Positions 39,236-53,452 of a stretch of DNA of 64,000 nt are shown here, piece by piece. The notes below the pieces were generated by a model. That model searched no databases. It was not told the origin of the DNA and saw nothing but the letters and a program-made list of their open reading frames with translations. The stretch spans positions 106,144,001-106,208,000 of the forward strand of contig OZ024743.1 in NCBI GenBank assembly GCA_964016885.1, in the 5' to 3' direction. A program made the translations under genes and the position numbers. Position 1 is the first letter of the stretch. Each line of letters begins with the position of its first letter. This DNA is from Eledone cirrhosa. Taxonomy: Eukaryota.

Positions 39236-41432
39236 AGTGTGTGTGTGCGCATGTAATTATGTATATATGTACATACATATATAACACATTGATACGAAGT
39301 ATTAACAATCGTCAAACAACTGTGTGAATCACTAACAATTAAGTGTCCATAAATGTACAGAACTCTACCGGACCAAAACATTCTACCATTTGCCATTGTT
39401 TATATTTGTGTTATTCCAACTATCTTCTTTACGTCGGATTGCTGACATACGAGGCACTCACTCACACAATCAAAGTTACATACACTAACACAAACATAAA
39501 CATAAACACATGCATAGCCACATACACAGAAACACACACACATAGATGCACCTTCACTCTTATACACATGTACATAAAAGATATTTTACGCTTTGATATC
39601 AAATATTATGTTGTTTGCGTTTGCGAGTGAATGTGAGTGCTTGCGTGAGTGTGTGAGACTGTGCGTTTGTGAGTGCGTGAATGTGTCTCTCTTGTGGATA
39701 AATAAGTGTATGAACGTATGTAAGTGTGAGTCTGTATGTCTGCCTGAGGGACCTACTGCGTGAGGGGAGAATGTGTGTGTGAGTAAACGTGATAATGTGT
39801 GTGTGATAAATTGTGAGCATATATGTATATGTGCGAGTATATGTGTGTATCAGCTGGTCATAATACACTTCCGGAGAATTTAAAAAACTCTAGCTGTAAT
39901 GGACTTATCCCCATTTTATATTTGTAGAAAGTTAGTAATATACTAGCAAATTTGCCAAACATATTCATAATTATAGCTGTGTGTTGTGTGTATGAATAAG
40001 GTGTTCTCTAAACACCTTGTTTATATATTATGTAGATCAGTATGTTAAACATTGAGATCTTCAGATTCAATGCATATCATAGTCTAGTGTCTAGTAATTA
40101 GATATTCAGCTACAATTTTGCTTGGATTATGTAGTTTATGGATCTGTACGCTCAGGCACAACGTTGATTTGTAATCTTTAGTTTCGTAAATATTATGTTT
40201 ACATGTAGTTAGTTTTTTTTCTTATTTTGGGGTTGGATTCTAATAAATATATTTTGGATTGTTTTCTCAGTACATCCATCTCGGCATGCTCATAGTTTTT
40301 CAATTACACTCGAAGATAAGACGCAAACAAAAACAGTTGTTATTTAGTGCCCATTTAAAAAAAAATATTAGATACATAGATCATATGGCACTTTACAGTT
40401 TATAACAATTGAAAAAGACATTGGCACATGAACCTTTTTAAGGAGGGTTGAGGGGAAATGATGTCTCTTTGAGAGAAAGGTAGATCTGTTGTATGGCGCT
40501 TGTTTCATATTTGTGTCATACATCATTTTTGTTTTTATTATCTTCAAAGAAATCCACTGTACTTTAAATGTACATATGATTCAAACTAAACAATTCCGTT
40601 ACTCATCGTCAAGTTCTACACTGATGTACGCTATCTCGCACCTCATCACGCAAGTGCTTCCTTGAACATATGCCCTGTTATAATATGCATACATATGTAT
40701 GTCACCGTATTTATAAAAACAGACACATTCTATATTATAAAGGTAGGATATCTTGCGACATTTCAACATGCTTAAGACGCAATTAGAAAGATATTAGTTA
40801 TATATTTCCATTAATGATGTTCGACTAAAAATGAAAAGCATTCTAATGACCAAGCTAGCCTTGATCTTATTTCATATTCAAAATATATCTCTAACAAACA
40901 AAAATTAATCATTATTTCTTCCAGAATTTAAAGACGCATCAATAAATTTAAAAACGTGATTTGCAAAAATATACTTCCATAACAGAATACAAAATTTAAA
41001 AAGAAAGCGTTAGAAACGTATACGACAATGTGGTATATGTATGACATATTGAATTCGAAAATTGCATTAAATGCCAGCTGGGTGTATGATTTTTTTCAGA
41101 AGCTATTAGTATCTATTTTCGATGTGGATATTCGTTCGAGGATAATATATTCAGCTGAGCAAGTAATTAGTTTAGAAAAAAAAACTCTCATCATACATAA
41201 TTACAAAGAAATGCATCGTGCAAGGTTTTGTGTGCATGCTCTCATGCAAACGTGTATGTGTGCTTGTGATCATACAAACACACACACACATACACACAAA
41301 CACATAGACATATATATTCGTATATCTCTCTATATATATACATATATACATATATATACAATATAATTATTTACAGGGAATAACGCCGGCCTATGCCTCC
41401 GTTAATTTATCGTGATACATATATATATATAT

Positions 41433-41779
<347 letters not shown>

Positions 41780-41847
41780 AAGAGAAAGAATCAGAGAAAA
41801 AGAGATGGATTAAATAGAGAGAGTGAGAAATAGACTGACAGATATAC

Positions 41848-41889
<42 letters not shown>

Positions 41890-42271
41890 TTTGCGCGCAT
41901 TTGTGATTCCATGCTAGGATGTGTGTATACATTTCTATGCGTATGACATTTATTTTCACAAATAGGCTGTCGGCGTTGTCTTTTTTAATCTTGAATGTTA
42001 ATGAAGATCATAATTTGTTTACAAACTCGTGTGAGAAGAAAGTTAGTCTCCGAAATAATTGATGATATCCGTGCATTTATATCTTATTAAAGAATTTAAG
42101 AGGACTTCCACGTCATATTTTATATATTCATATATTATATAATTATGTATTTAATGATCTTCGAATCAAAAGGACGTTCTTCTGAATTAAATGGTATTTA
42201 TATGCCCTATATATATGTGTATATATGTATGTATACAGAAATATATGTGCATTTGTATATATATATATACA

Positions 42272-42323
<52 letters not shown>

Positions 42324-42377
42324 AATATATATATATGGATATATATACATATATATATATATACATACATATATATG

Positions 42378-42408
<31 letters not shown>

Positions 42409-42563
42409 TTATAAGTCGTTTGGAAGCCTCGACAATGCAAATGGGTAAATCTCCGGGTAACAGGGTCCGGTGTAGGAGAGAGAGAGAGATGAGATGCGTG
42501 GTGTGTATAAGATGTGTGAGATGTGTAGAATGAAGGGAAGAGTGAAAGGGTAAAAATAATAAT

Positions 42564-42749
42564 TGTTTCTACTTTAGGCACAAGGCCAGCAATTATCCAG
42601 TGCATTACTGGCACTTTATTTTATCGACCCCGTAAGGATGAAAGGCAAAGTCAACCTCGGCGGGATTTGAACTCAGATCGTAAAGGGACGTAACTATGCT
42701 GGAAAGCATGGCGTCCGACCCTCTACCGATACTGCCAATCCACCGCCCT
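42564..42749 (-). mobile_element. SINE S1, full length, with target-site duplication
   Basis: AAAGGGTAAAAATAATAAT at 42545-42563 and 42750-42768. Confidence 0.93.
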
Positions 42750-42891
42750 AAAGGGTAAAAATAATAATAACAACAAAAGAGAGAGAGAGAGTTACCTTGG
42801 GAGAGATTTAATAGTCCCTGGAACGCGTCTTTCGCTGTTTGTGATTTGAATTATTGTTCCACAATGCTTCAAGCAAACTTCAATACTCTCT

Positions 42892-42939
<48 letters not shown>

Positions 42940-42948
<9 letters not shown>

Positions 42949-43180
42949 GGATACTATTTATAGTTATGTATATACTATACTATATACAACTATAAACAGG
43001 GAAGGTAAGGTCTGTAATTTATTACTACCTTATTACCAGTAAGATAAATAGCTCAATGTAAGAACATCATTTGTTATACAGAGCAGTAATATAGAATACA
43101 CAATAATCAAAGCAATGTTAGAACATTTAATTGCTGACAATTTTTTCTTCCAAGCCTAGGCTTGGAGTCTTCGGAACATT
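42940..43180 (-). mobile_element. pLTR-like terminus with degenerate hammerhead; second copy of the terminus at about 1543-1670
   Basis: Minus strand TGTT CCGAAGA C TCCAAGCCTAGGCTTGGA A GAAA AAATTGTC AGCA (43176-43130); 42955-43093 matches 1544-1670. Confidence 0.65.
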
Positions 43181-45131
43181 ATTAATAATGTTTGTACATA
43201 TAATCAGCCTCCTATTCCGCTGAAGAATCATACAGATACATATTGTGGACAACAGTGTGGGATGGATGCGGCATATATTATGTTATACTATAATTGTACA
43301 ATAAGATTCAAAATTAAAATTAAAATCTTTTGGTGGAGCACATATGACAGATAATACAAGAGCGTCTAGAAAATAAATAAAATTAAAGAGACAGTACGTG
43401 CGTTAGTCATATATAAAGCAATTGAACAAGCAAAAGTATTAAGCATATATAAATGCTGGGTCTTACATACAAAATACAAGCACTTAAAGTTGGTATGTTA
43501 TTATATTATGGTGGTTGCAATGCAGATATATTTTCTGTGTAGATCAAATATGTGTGTGTGTAGAATAAGAAAGTTCCAGCTTTCACATCCATTACGATAT
43601 TTTTGTATTGAGTGTCTGTTATAGTAATGGCTTGTAAAGTAAAGTAACTTAGTGTTATTTAGTCAATATCGTATACTACAATCGTAGAGCTGGGAGAATT
43701 TACTTCTGTTTAATACCCAAAATGGGAATGGAAATAAGGGGAGCTAATGCGTAAAGGGAGGTAACTAGCTCATTATAATGATAATTAAACTCATTGTTCT
43801 AAGGGACTTTATATAGAGTTATAATTGAGGGCCTAATATAGAAACTATATATTTATATTTAATTTAATTTTAAACACAGTCTACTCTCTCCTAATACATT
43901 AAGGTATCCTTATAACGTCGCCTATCAAGTATTATAAAGTGCCATAATTGAATTTCCGATACAAAGTGTTATATATTTATATTAATCTAATCTTAGTTAC
44001 AGTCTACCCTCCCAAAATATATCAAAGGTTTTGCTAGATTACTGTCTACCTAGTATATGGTAAGCTATGTAATACCGTATAGCTGTTTGCATGGTAAAGT
44101 AGATATATCTCTAGAGTAAATAAACACATCCTTTATATACAATGTTATTAATGTTATTTGATTATAGATGTATACATAATACATTGTTCCCTATTGCATT
44201 TAAGTTAGATAAATCCCTTATGTTACTACATTAATCCTATATATACAATGATATTAATTTTAACATTTAATTGAAGATCTATATATAATTCATTGTTACG
44301 TTTAATATTTAAAGTTCATTCATATTATATTTCCATTACTATATAATTACAAGTAATCTAAGTTTACTATATTAAGATTATAGAGTTATAGGTCGGCTGA
44401 ATTGTGTAAGGAAAGGGTGGGTCAAAGAGTGTGGTGCAGTGGTGCATGCAAGCCCTAAAGATGAAGTGCTAATGGAGGTGCTGAGTTCAAAACTAACATT
44501 GCTATATACTAGGTTTAAAGCTTTGGAATGAGTGTCGGAAGCGGTGCTGGCACGATGCAAACACTTCCGATTATTTATTAAGAAGGTTAAGGTTCGAAAA
44601 GATTATATTATGGGTCTCTAGAAGACAGAGCTTACAGAATGTATTAGGTGGTTTATACGATGCTGCCCTTCCATTCACTCGGCTGCTATTTCTAGATGTC
44701 GATAATTCTATTCACGGCACTGGGATGACGCTGTGCGATGTGTGTATTTTTTAAAAATGCAACACGTGGTTCGAGTCATTCACAGATTTGGATATTGCTT
44801 TGTAAACGCAGATAGTTGGATTTTCCCCTTTGGTGACCAACCTGGATTTGACTACTGTGATTTACTGATTAACTGGTGAAATATATTTTTTATTTAAAGA
44901 AATATATACAAAGGATATTAATAATTTTAAAAGGTATCTATATTTGAAGTTCTAGTTAAACTTTAATTGGTTACCTACCTAGCTATGTTTGCTTACATTC
45001 TTTACAAATTATTCCCTGTGATTGTTCCACCTATTTATTTTATGTACGTCAATCTATTTCTAGTTCATATATATAAATTTATATATTTATATATTTATAT
45101 TTATATATAAGATCCCTTTAAGTACACACAT

Positions 45132-45248
<117 letters not shown>

Positions 45249-45519
45249 CGTGTGTGTGTTTATGTATGGGCCTTCCAGGTTCATATTACATTATATACAT
45301 GTCTGTGTATATTTTAATTATTTAAATATTATTTTCAATTGGACATGATTTAAAAATAAAATATTCTTAATTGAACATGACACAACGGGTAAATGGTGCT
45401 CGAGTATCGGTAAATATATATATGTATGCATATATATATATATATATTGGCAGTATCATTAATAGAGCGTTAAGTGGCGTGATTCGGGTGTATATGAAAG
45501 CGTATACTATGTATTTAGA

Positions 45520-45806
45520 TATATACTGCTAAAGCTATGTGATTATGTGTTTGTTTTTAATTTAATACAATCTAAACAGCGCATAATGCGAAAATACTTC
45601 GAAATGGGAATACAATTAGAATAAAACAGGTTTCACGTAAATCTGAGCACGTTTTCCCGAAATGCGGGATTTTTGCGGGCACCTTCATAAATGGAGAGAG
45701 AGAAAGATAGAGAGAAATAAATAGTAGTTGTGAGAGAGCACATCGAAAGTTAAATATATATAGAGAGAAATAGAGAGAGAGAGAGGGGGGATGGAGACAT
45801 ATGGAT

Positions 45807-45870
<64 letters not shown>

Positions 45871-46555
45871 AGACAGAGAAGGAATATGGAAGAGAGAGAG
45901 TGCGTGTGACAGTGAGAGAGAGTGATAGAAAGAAGAGAGAGAGAGAGAGAGAGAACGAGAGAGAGAGAGAGTTAGAGAGTGATATATATATATATATATA
46001 TATATTGTTATACTTTGGGAGGGTCATGTTGCCAATAAGAAACACACGCACCAGTGCCTCACTTCAATTTATTATAATAAATTTATAAATTTAGGAATTT
46101 ATAAATTTCTACTTGGTTGCTTGGTTCCACAACCAGATAGTTGTTTATATATTGTCAAAGTTCTTTCGTCACACATTCTGTGACCTCTACAGTGACTGGG
46201 GATTCTTTTCTTTGTTTTTGTGCCTCTCCTTTGTTCTGTCCTACGCCATTTTGAGAAACAAAATTGCGTAGGACAGAACAAAGGAGAGGCACAAAAACAA
46301 AGAAAAGAATCCCCAGTCACTGTAGAGGTCACAGAATGTGTGACGAAAGAACTTTGACAATATATAAACAACTATCTGGTTGTGGAACCAACCAACCAAC
46401 CAGAAATTTAGAAATTTATTATAATAAATTGAAGTAAAAGCATCTGGTGCGTGGGTTTCTTATTGGCAACATGACCCCCCCCCCCCAAAGTATAACAATA
46501 TCGGTTTCAACACACGTTTTCAGATAAAGAATCTTGCTAAACAAATTCAGAAACG

Positions 46556-46650
<95 letters not shown>

Positions 46651-46850
46651 GAGAGACCTGCTGGTGTTCAATCAAATTATAGCTTGTGACTTCAAAGCAT
46701 CGAATACAGCATTACTGTATCTAACTCGAATTTGGTGACTGAATATTAAGTCATATGTATCATACAACTTATGTTAGGAGAGCATCTGTGTAGCAAATAT
46801 TTACTGCCAAATAGGAAGGAATTCAAAGTGTGTGTGAATATATATATATA

Positions 46851-46904
<54 letters not shown>

Positions 46905-47377
46905 TTTGTGTGTGTGTATATTTATATATATACATAAATATATCATGTGAGAAAAACCACAGACCCTCCATCTCAACTCTACTTTTGAAAAGCAAAAGAA
47001 CTTCGAAACCGGTAAAAATAAGACACCAGTTGCATTTTCGATTTCATCTTTTTTCTTTATACATTCACTCGTGTAGGACACCGGTTATTTTTCATTTTGT
47101 AAAAAAACCTCACTTTCTTATATATATATATAAACAAACATATATATACACACATACATACACACTTATTTAGACGCACTCGCACACACACACACAAACA
47201 CACACACACATATATATATATATATATTTATTCATATATGGGCCTTCCAATTTCATATTACATTATATACATGTCCGTGTATATTTTAATTATTTAAAAA
47301 ATATTTTCAAGTGAACATGATATTAAAAAAATATTGTTAATTGAACATGACACAACATGTTACTGATGGTTGAGTAT
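45520..47377 (+). mobile_element. Repeat family H2 (probable non-autonomous Helitron) interrupted by a family B fold-back element; 3' fragment also at about 45260-45405
   Basis: Collinear blocks with 50893-51716 on both sides of the (GA)n tract. Confidence 0.6.
46003..46560. mobile_element. Fold-back element, family B, with degenerate HHR
   Basis: About 245-bp arms, centre about 46255; GTCA CTGTAGA(46320) G GTCACA GAATG TGTGAC GAAA GAACTT TGAC; right-side extension 46501-46560. Confidence 0.88.
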
Positions 47378-47405
47378 AGATAAATATATATATGTATGAA
47401 TATAA

Positions 47406-47468
<63 letters not shown>

Positions 47469-47472
<4 letters not shown>

Positions 47473-47691
47473 TGTATATATAGTGTATTTTGCAATACAC
47501 TGTATGCTTAATTACAAGAATTTTGAAGACCATACGCTATTGTTTTAGAAAAGTGACATTGTCACTATTCTTAAACAATAGCGTATGGTCTTCAAAATGC
47601 TTTTAATTAAGCATATAGTGTATTGCAAAATACACTATATTCATATATATATATACATTCATATATATATATCGTTATTTCAGAACACCAA

Positions 47692-47699
<8 letters not shown>
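47469..47699. mobile_element. Fold-back element homologous to the 3' part of the 310-bp retrozyme unit
   Basis: ATAGCG…GGTCTTCAAAATG…CTATATTCA…ATATATATCGTTATTTCAGA…ATTCTAAT parallels the unit; centre AGTGACATTGTCACT about 47559. Confidence 0.75.
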
Positions 47700-47744
<45 letters not shown>

Positions 47745-47746
<2 letters not shown>

Positions 47747-48108
47747 GATATTAACAAATGGAAACTATATTTATAAAACCATATTTATTTCATTATACAT
47801 ATTTCAAGGATACCAAGTTAAATCATGGTATGCCTTCATCAGACAAAATACAATATATACCAGTTTTATAAATAAACATTGACGTACCCTTTCAAAATGC
47901 AACCGTTATTATTGGAAGACATCAGGATATCAGGCATACCATAATTTAACTTGGTATCCTTGAAATATGTATAATGAAATAGATATGGTTTTATAAATAT
48001 AGTTTCCATTTGTTAATATCGTATATCTACTCCAAATACTTGTCGAGTGCTTTATATCAGTTATAAAAAGATTTGCTTGTTGTATCCCAATAATTTAAAT
48101 AGAACTTT

Positions 48109-48112
<4 letters not shown>
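47745..48112. mobile_element. Fold-back element, family C
   Basis: Same termini as 18564-18970; HHR core TCATCAG on minus strand at about 47836-47842. Confidence 0.87.
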
Positions 48113-48149
<37 letters not shown>

Positions 48150-48154
<5 letters not shown>

Positions 48155-48344
48155 TGTATGTGTGATTAGATATGCGTGTATGTGTGTGTCTGAGAGAGTC
48201 AATGTATATATATATGAATTGAAAACACACTGATTGGAATGCTGTTGAAGTATGTATATATATATATATACATTTATTGAGTAGTGACGTGCGTTTCGCT
48301 ATTGAGCAGCTCAAAGTTCAATCTTTACCGAGCTATCCCGACTC

Positions 48345-48392
<48 letters not shown>

Positions 48393-48502
48393 TATATATA
48401 CACTTCAACACCATTCCAATCAGTGTGTATTCATTTCATATATATATACATTGACACTCACAGACACACACAGACACGCATATATAATCACACATACATA
48501 TA
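48150..48502. repeat. Inverted repeat (about 48150-48270 / 48385-48502)
   Basis: CACACTGATTGGAATGCTGTTGAAGT / ACTTCAACACCATTCCAATCAGTGTG; the spacer has GAAACGCACGTC on the minus strand. Confidence 0.75.
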
Positions 48503-48662
48503 AATAAACACACACACACGCATTCATATACACAGCTTCTTCAGTATGAAACCAAATATTAAAACGTTTGCCTTCCCTCCTACGATTATTTTGTCACTTT
48601 CTCTCAAAATATTACAACTCTCTCACTAAAACATAATACCTTTCTAATCCTCTCTACACGCC

Positions 48663-48717
<55 letters not shown>

Positions 48718-48723
<6 letters not shown>

Positions 48724-50665
48724 AGACCAATATTCCCCCTCTCTGACTAAACCACCAAATTTCCTCCTCCTCTCTATATCCGACTACATATCTCACACTC
48801 ACTCTCACAATTCTCCCTCTCTCACTAACCCACACAACTCTCTCCCTCTCTCTATATTTGACCGCATACCTCACTCGCTCTCTCACTCTCACAATTGCCC
48901 CTCTATCACCAAACCACAAAAGATTCTCCCCCGTTCTATATAACACTAGATACCTCACTCTCTATCATTCTCACAATTACCCCTCGCTCACTAAACTACC
49001 AATCTCTCTGGCACACTTTATATTCGACAAATAATTCACTCTCTCACAATTCACCCTCTAACACAATAAGACTAAATTCTCTGTCCTCTCTCTATACCAG
49101 TACATAACTCACTCTCTATCACTCTCATAATTTCCACTCTCTCACTAGACCATAAACCTCTCGCCCCCCCCCCTGTACATGCTTCACTCTCTATCGCTTT
49201 GATAATTACCTCACTATACCACGAAACTCCCTTCCCCTCTCTATATCCCACTATATACCTTACTCTCTCGCACAATTCCTCCTGTCTCACTAGACCACCA
49301 ATTTATCTCCCCTACTCCTCACTACATACATTCCACTACATACCTCACTCTCTTTTACTCTCCAAAAACTCCTCTCTCAGTAAACAAACTAATTCTCTTG
49401 TGCTCTCTATATCCCACTACATACCCCAGTGTCTCACACAATTTCTCCCCCTCCGGAGGCCAGCAAGTTCTCTCCCTCTCTCTGTATTCAACTACATATC
49501 TCACTCTCCGTCGCAATTGCCCCCCTTTCACTAGACCACCAAATCCCGCCGCCCCCCTCAGTGTACACCACTACATACCTCACTCTCTTACAATACCCCC
49601 TCACTCACTAGAGCACCAATCAATCTCCTCTTCTCTATATACCACTACATACCTCGCTCTCTCTCACTCCCTAATTTCTCATCTCTCAGTAAACAAACTC
49701 TATATGCCCTACTACATGCCTCACTTTCTCACATAATTCTCCATCTCTCACTAGACCACCAAATTCTCTTCCCTTCTCTATAGCTCACTAAATACCTCAC
49801 TATCTCTCACAATTTCCACTCTCTCACAATTCATCCTCTCTCACTAGACCACCAAATGATCTTCCCCCTTTCTATATTCCACTATATAACTCACTCTATT
49901 TCACTCTCTTAATTCCCCCTATTTCACTGAACCTACATATACTCTGCCGTTGTCTTTATCCCACAACATACCTAAATAATCTCACCATCCCACTCGCTCA
50001 CTAGACCACCACTTTATCTCCCCAGGTCTACACCTTAATACATGCCCCACTCTCTCTCCTTTCCCCTATCTCACTAAACAAACAAACTCCCTCCCCCTCA
50101 TTCTATACCACTACATAACTCACTCTCTCACAATTCCGCCTCTCTTACTAGACCACCAACCAATCAATCCCACTCTATATCTTACTTCATACCTCACTCT
50201 CTCTCACAATACCCCCTCTCTCACTAAACAACTAAATAATCTCCCCTTCTGTATATATTTCTATATACCTCCCGCTCTGTCACTCTCTTAATTTCACCCT
50301 CTCTCATTAAACCAACAAACTCGCTCCTTCTCTCTCAATTTTACTATATACTTCCCTCTCGCTCACAATTCCCCCTCTCATACTAGACATCCAAGATCTC
50401 TCCCCCTTTCTATATTCCATTACATACCCCACTCTCTTGCACTCTCACAATACCCCCTCTCTCATTTGATCAATAAACTCTCTCCCCGTCTCAATAACCC
50501 ACAACATACCACACACTCAATCACCATTCCCACTCTCACACTAGACAACCAAATCAATCCCCCTCTCTATATCCAACTAAAATACCTCACTCTCTTTCAC
50601 CTTCTTAATTCCTCCTCTCTCACTAAACCAACAAATTCACTCCCGCTCTTTATATTCCACTACAA
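48718..50665. repeat. Degenerate C/T-rich minisatellite, unit roughly 70-75 bp
   Basis: Recurrent CTCACTAGACCACCAAAT…CTCTATAT..CACTACATACCTCACTCTCT..CACAATT; almost no G on the + strand. Confidence 0.85.
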
Positions 50666-50892
50666 TATTTTTTACTTTCAAACATGTGTTTTTATCTTCT
50701 GTAAAGAACGACAGAGTTCTCCATCTCTTCCCCACCATGTTGGAAGTGGGGGAGATCTTTCTTTATATTGGATGATCTGCGTGTGTTGAGTTATTTTACA
50801 GGAATTTAAAATAGGTGGTAGTGGTGGTAGAGGGTGGTGGTGGATTTGGTACTATGGTATTTTTGTTTTTTTGTTTTTTTGTTTATTTTGAA

Positions 50893-51160
50893 TCTATCTA
50901 TCTATATACAATTAAAACGCTGTGCTTGTGTGCTTCTATGTAATTTAATAGAGCCAAAAGGGCGCATACTGGGATAATACTTTGAAAGGGAGTCCCTAAA
51001 ATGGGAATGTAAATGGAATAAAACACGCTTCATGTAAATTGGAGCACGGGTTCCGAGATACAAGGTTCTGTCGAGTAGTTACAGAGGAAGATAGAGAGAA
51101 GGAGATAGTGGTTTTAAGAGAGTAGATTGAAAAAGAGACATAGAGGGAAATAGAGAGCGA

Positions 51161-51258
<98 letters not shown>

Positions 51259-51716
51259 AGGAGAGGGAGAGAGCTGGTGGTTTGGTTGAATCAAATGATA
51301 GCAGGCGACTTGAAAGAATTGAATACAGCATTACAGTATCTAAGTAAAATTTTGTGACTGAATATTAAATGATATTAAATGTGTCAGGACAGATTGTGCG
51401 GAGCGAATATTTCCTGCTAAATAGGAAGGGTTTCTAAGTTTGTGTGTATATGCGTATCTGTCTCTGTCTATATATATATAAATATATGTGTGTGTGTGTG
51501 TGTGCATATATGTGTGTTCGTCTGTGACCAGTGTATATAGGTCACACACAGCCATATATATATATATATACACGTATATATATATATATGGGCCTACGAA
51601 ATTCATTTTACATGTCTGTATTTATTTTAATTGTTTAAACATTATTTTTAAGTGAACACTATTCTAAAAAAAACATTTTTAATTGAACGTTACCCAACGC
51701 GTCACGAGTGCTCTAG
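50893..51716 (+). mobile_element. Probable non-autonomous Helitron (family H2)
   Basis: Starts A|TCTATCTATCTATATACAATTAAAACG, ends CTAG|T; subterminal hairpin weak; internal (GA)n; second copy at 45520-47377. Confidence 0.6.
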
Positions 51717-51996
51717 TATACAATAAATATATGAGAGACTCGCTATTAAAGAAAATATTTTTCTTTACGAAAAATAAATTTTGCTCTGTTTTGTTAGTGA
51801 ACACGTCAAACATATATCAGTAGCATTCGATAATTCGTTAATCTCAAATCAGGCACATTCAATCAATCGGTACTGACATGGAAATAAAGTAGAATCTATA
51901 TAGATATATGTGTAGAGAGTGTAGATTATGATGATGATCACATGTTGGTGATAATATTGACCGTCAGTATCAAGATATCATTATTATTTTCGTACA

Positions 51997-52390
51997 CGGC
52001 GCGGTGGATTGGCAGTATCAGTAGAGGGTGGGACGCCATGCGTTGCCGCAAAGAGTTACGTCCCTTTACGATCTGAGTTCAAATCCCGCCGAGGTTAACT
52101 TTGCCTTTCATCCTTATGGGGTCGATAAAATAAAGTACCAGTAATACCCTGGGTAATTGCTGGCCTTGTGCCAAAAGTAGAAAAAATTATTATTTTCGTA
52201 CACGGTGGATTGGCAGTATCGGTAGAGAGTCGGACGCCATGCTTAGCAACGAAGAGTTACGGCCCTTTATGATCTGAGTTCAAATCCCGCCGAGGTTAAC
52301 TTTGCCTTTCATCCTTATGGTGTCGATAAAATAAAGTACCAGTATTACCCTGGATTAATTGCTGGCCTTGTGCCAACAGTAGAAACAATT
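51997..52390 (+). mobile_element. Head-to-tail dimer of SINE S1
   Basis: Two full copies; ATTATTATTTTCGTAC occurs at 51980, 52186 and 52388. Confidence 0.92.
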
Positions 52391-53269
52391 ATTATTTTCG
52401 TACTCATATTTATAAATGCTGTTCTGGCAGATATGTCTTAAGAGACAATGCATAGGGTTGATAAGTTTAGCCGTAATTTATCGTCATAATGAGGCAAACC
52501 GTTGACAGGCATTCCGTTTAATTAGTGCATCAGTGAAATTATCACTTGGGTGTTTACGTCACCTGGTGTATCTCTTGGTATTTGAATGCGTATTTGATCT
52601 TTTCAGAGTTTTAATTGCTGCACAGATGTGTTTACTATTAATTAATAAATGCTTTAAGATAGTACACTAAGTACATAAATGTATATCAACCAACTAGTTA
52701 TTACTTTATTTAGAGTGCATATAATAGGAATTTATTTATTAATTTAGCTATATAGACTCAATATGTTATGCATACTAAATATACACGAGTTAAAAAACCT
52801 TTTAAATTTAACGATCGTAAGTGGGAATTACCAAAACAAAGGTGGGCCAAAACTGTAAAAATACAAATTATTCAAACATGTTTTGCATGTACTGCCATAT
52901 TTGGTGACAAAACAGTCGTCTTATCTACAAGATTTTTTCGTATCAGCTTTCCATAAAATTTTATAGTTATTTTGGAAACTTGCTGAGTTGTTATAGTTTT
53001 TTACATTTCTACTGTTACTCGTGGCTCAGAATTTAAATCGAGACAAGGTTCAATGAAGTGTTCATGATTTCAATGTTGATAAATTAGATAACAACCCACT
53101 GCTTGTTCAGGCTTTACTTTGCTTCCAACTGTTATATCATGGGTGTATCGCAGAATCAAACGACAGAGAGATGAGATAGAGACTGTATCTGCTCAGAGTT
53201 ATTTTTCAATGTCATTCATGTCTCAGTAACAAACCAATTATATATTTTCAATATTAGCTATATATGCAG

Positions 53270-53452
53270 CTGTGCGGCAGTATCGGTAAGGGTCGGACGC
53301 CATGCTTTCCAGCATAGATACGTCCCTTTACGATCTGAGTTCAAATCCCGCCGAGGTTGACTTTGCCTTTCATCGATACGAGGTCGATAAAATAAAGTAC
53401 CAGTAATGAACTGGGTAATTGCTGTCCTGGTGCCTAAAGTAGAAACAATTAT
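53270..53452 (+). mobile_element. SINE S1
   Basis: Head GGCAGTATCGGTA, B-box, core and tail. Confidence 0.88.

Noticed and set aside
44378-45050. Coding remnant of the element ending at 42940
   Set aside because: No RT or GIY-YIG motif recognised in the parts read
48722-50789. ORFs within the C/T-rich repeat
   Set aside because: Arise from a biased-composition minisatellite; the unit frame is not maintained
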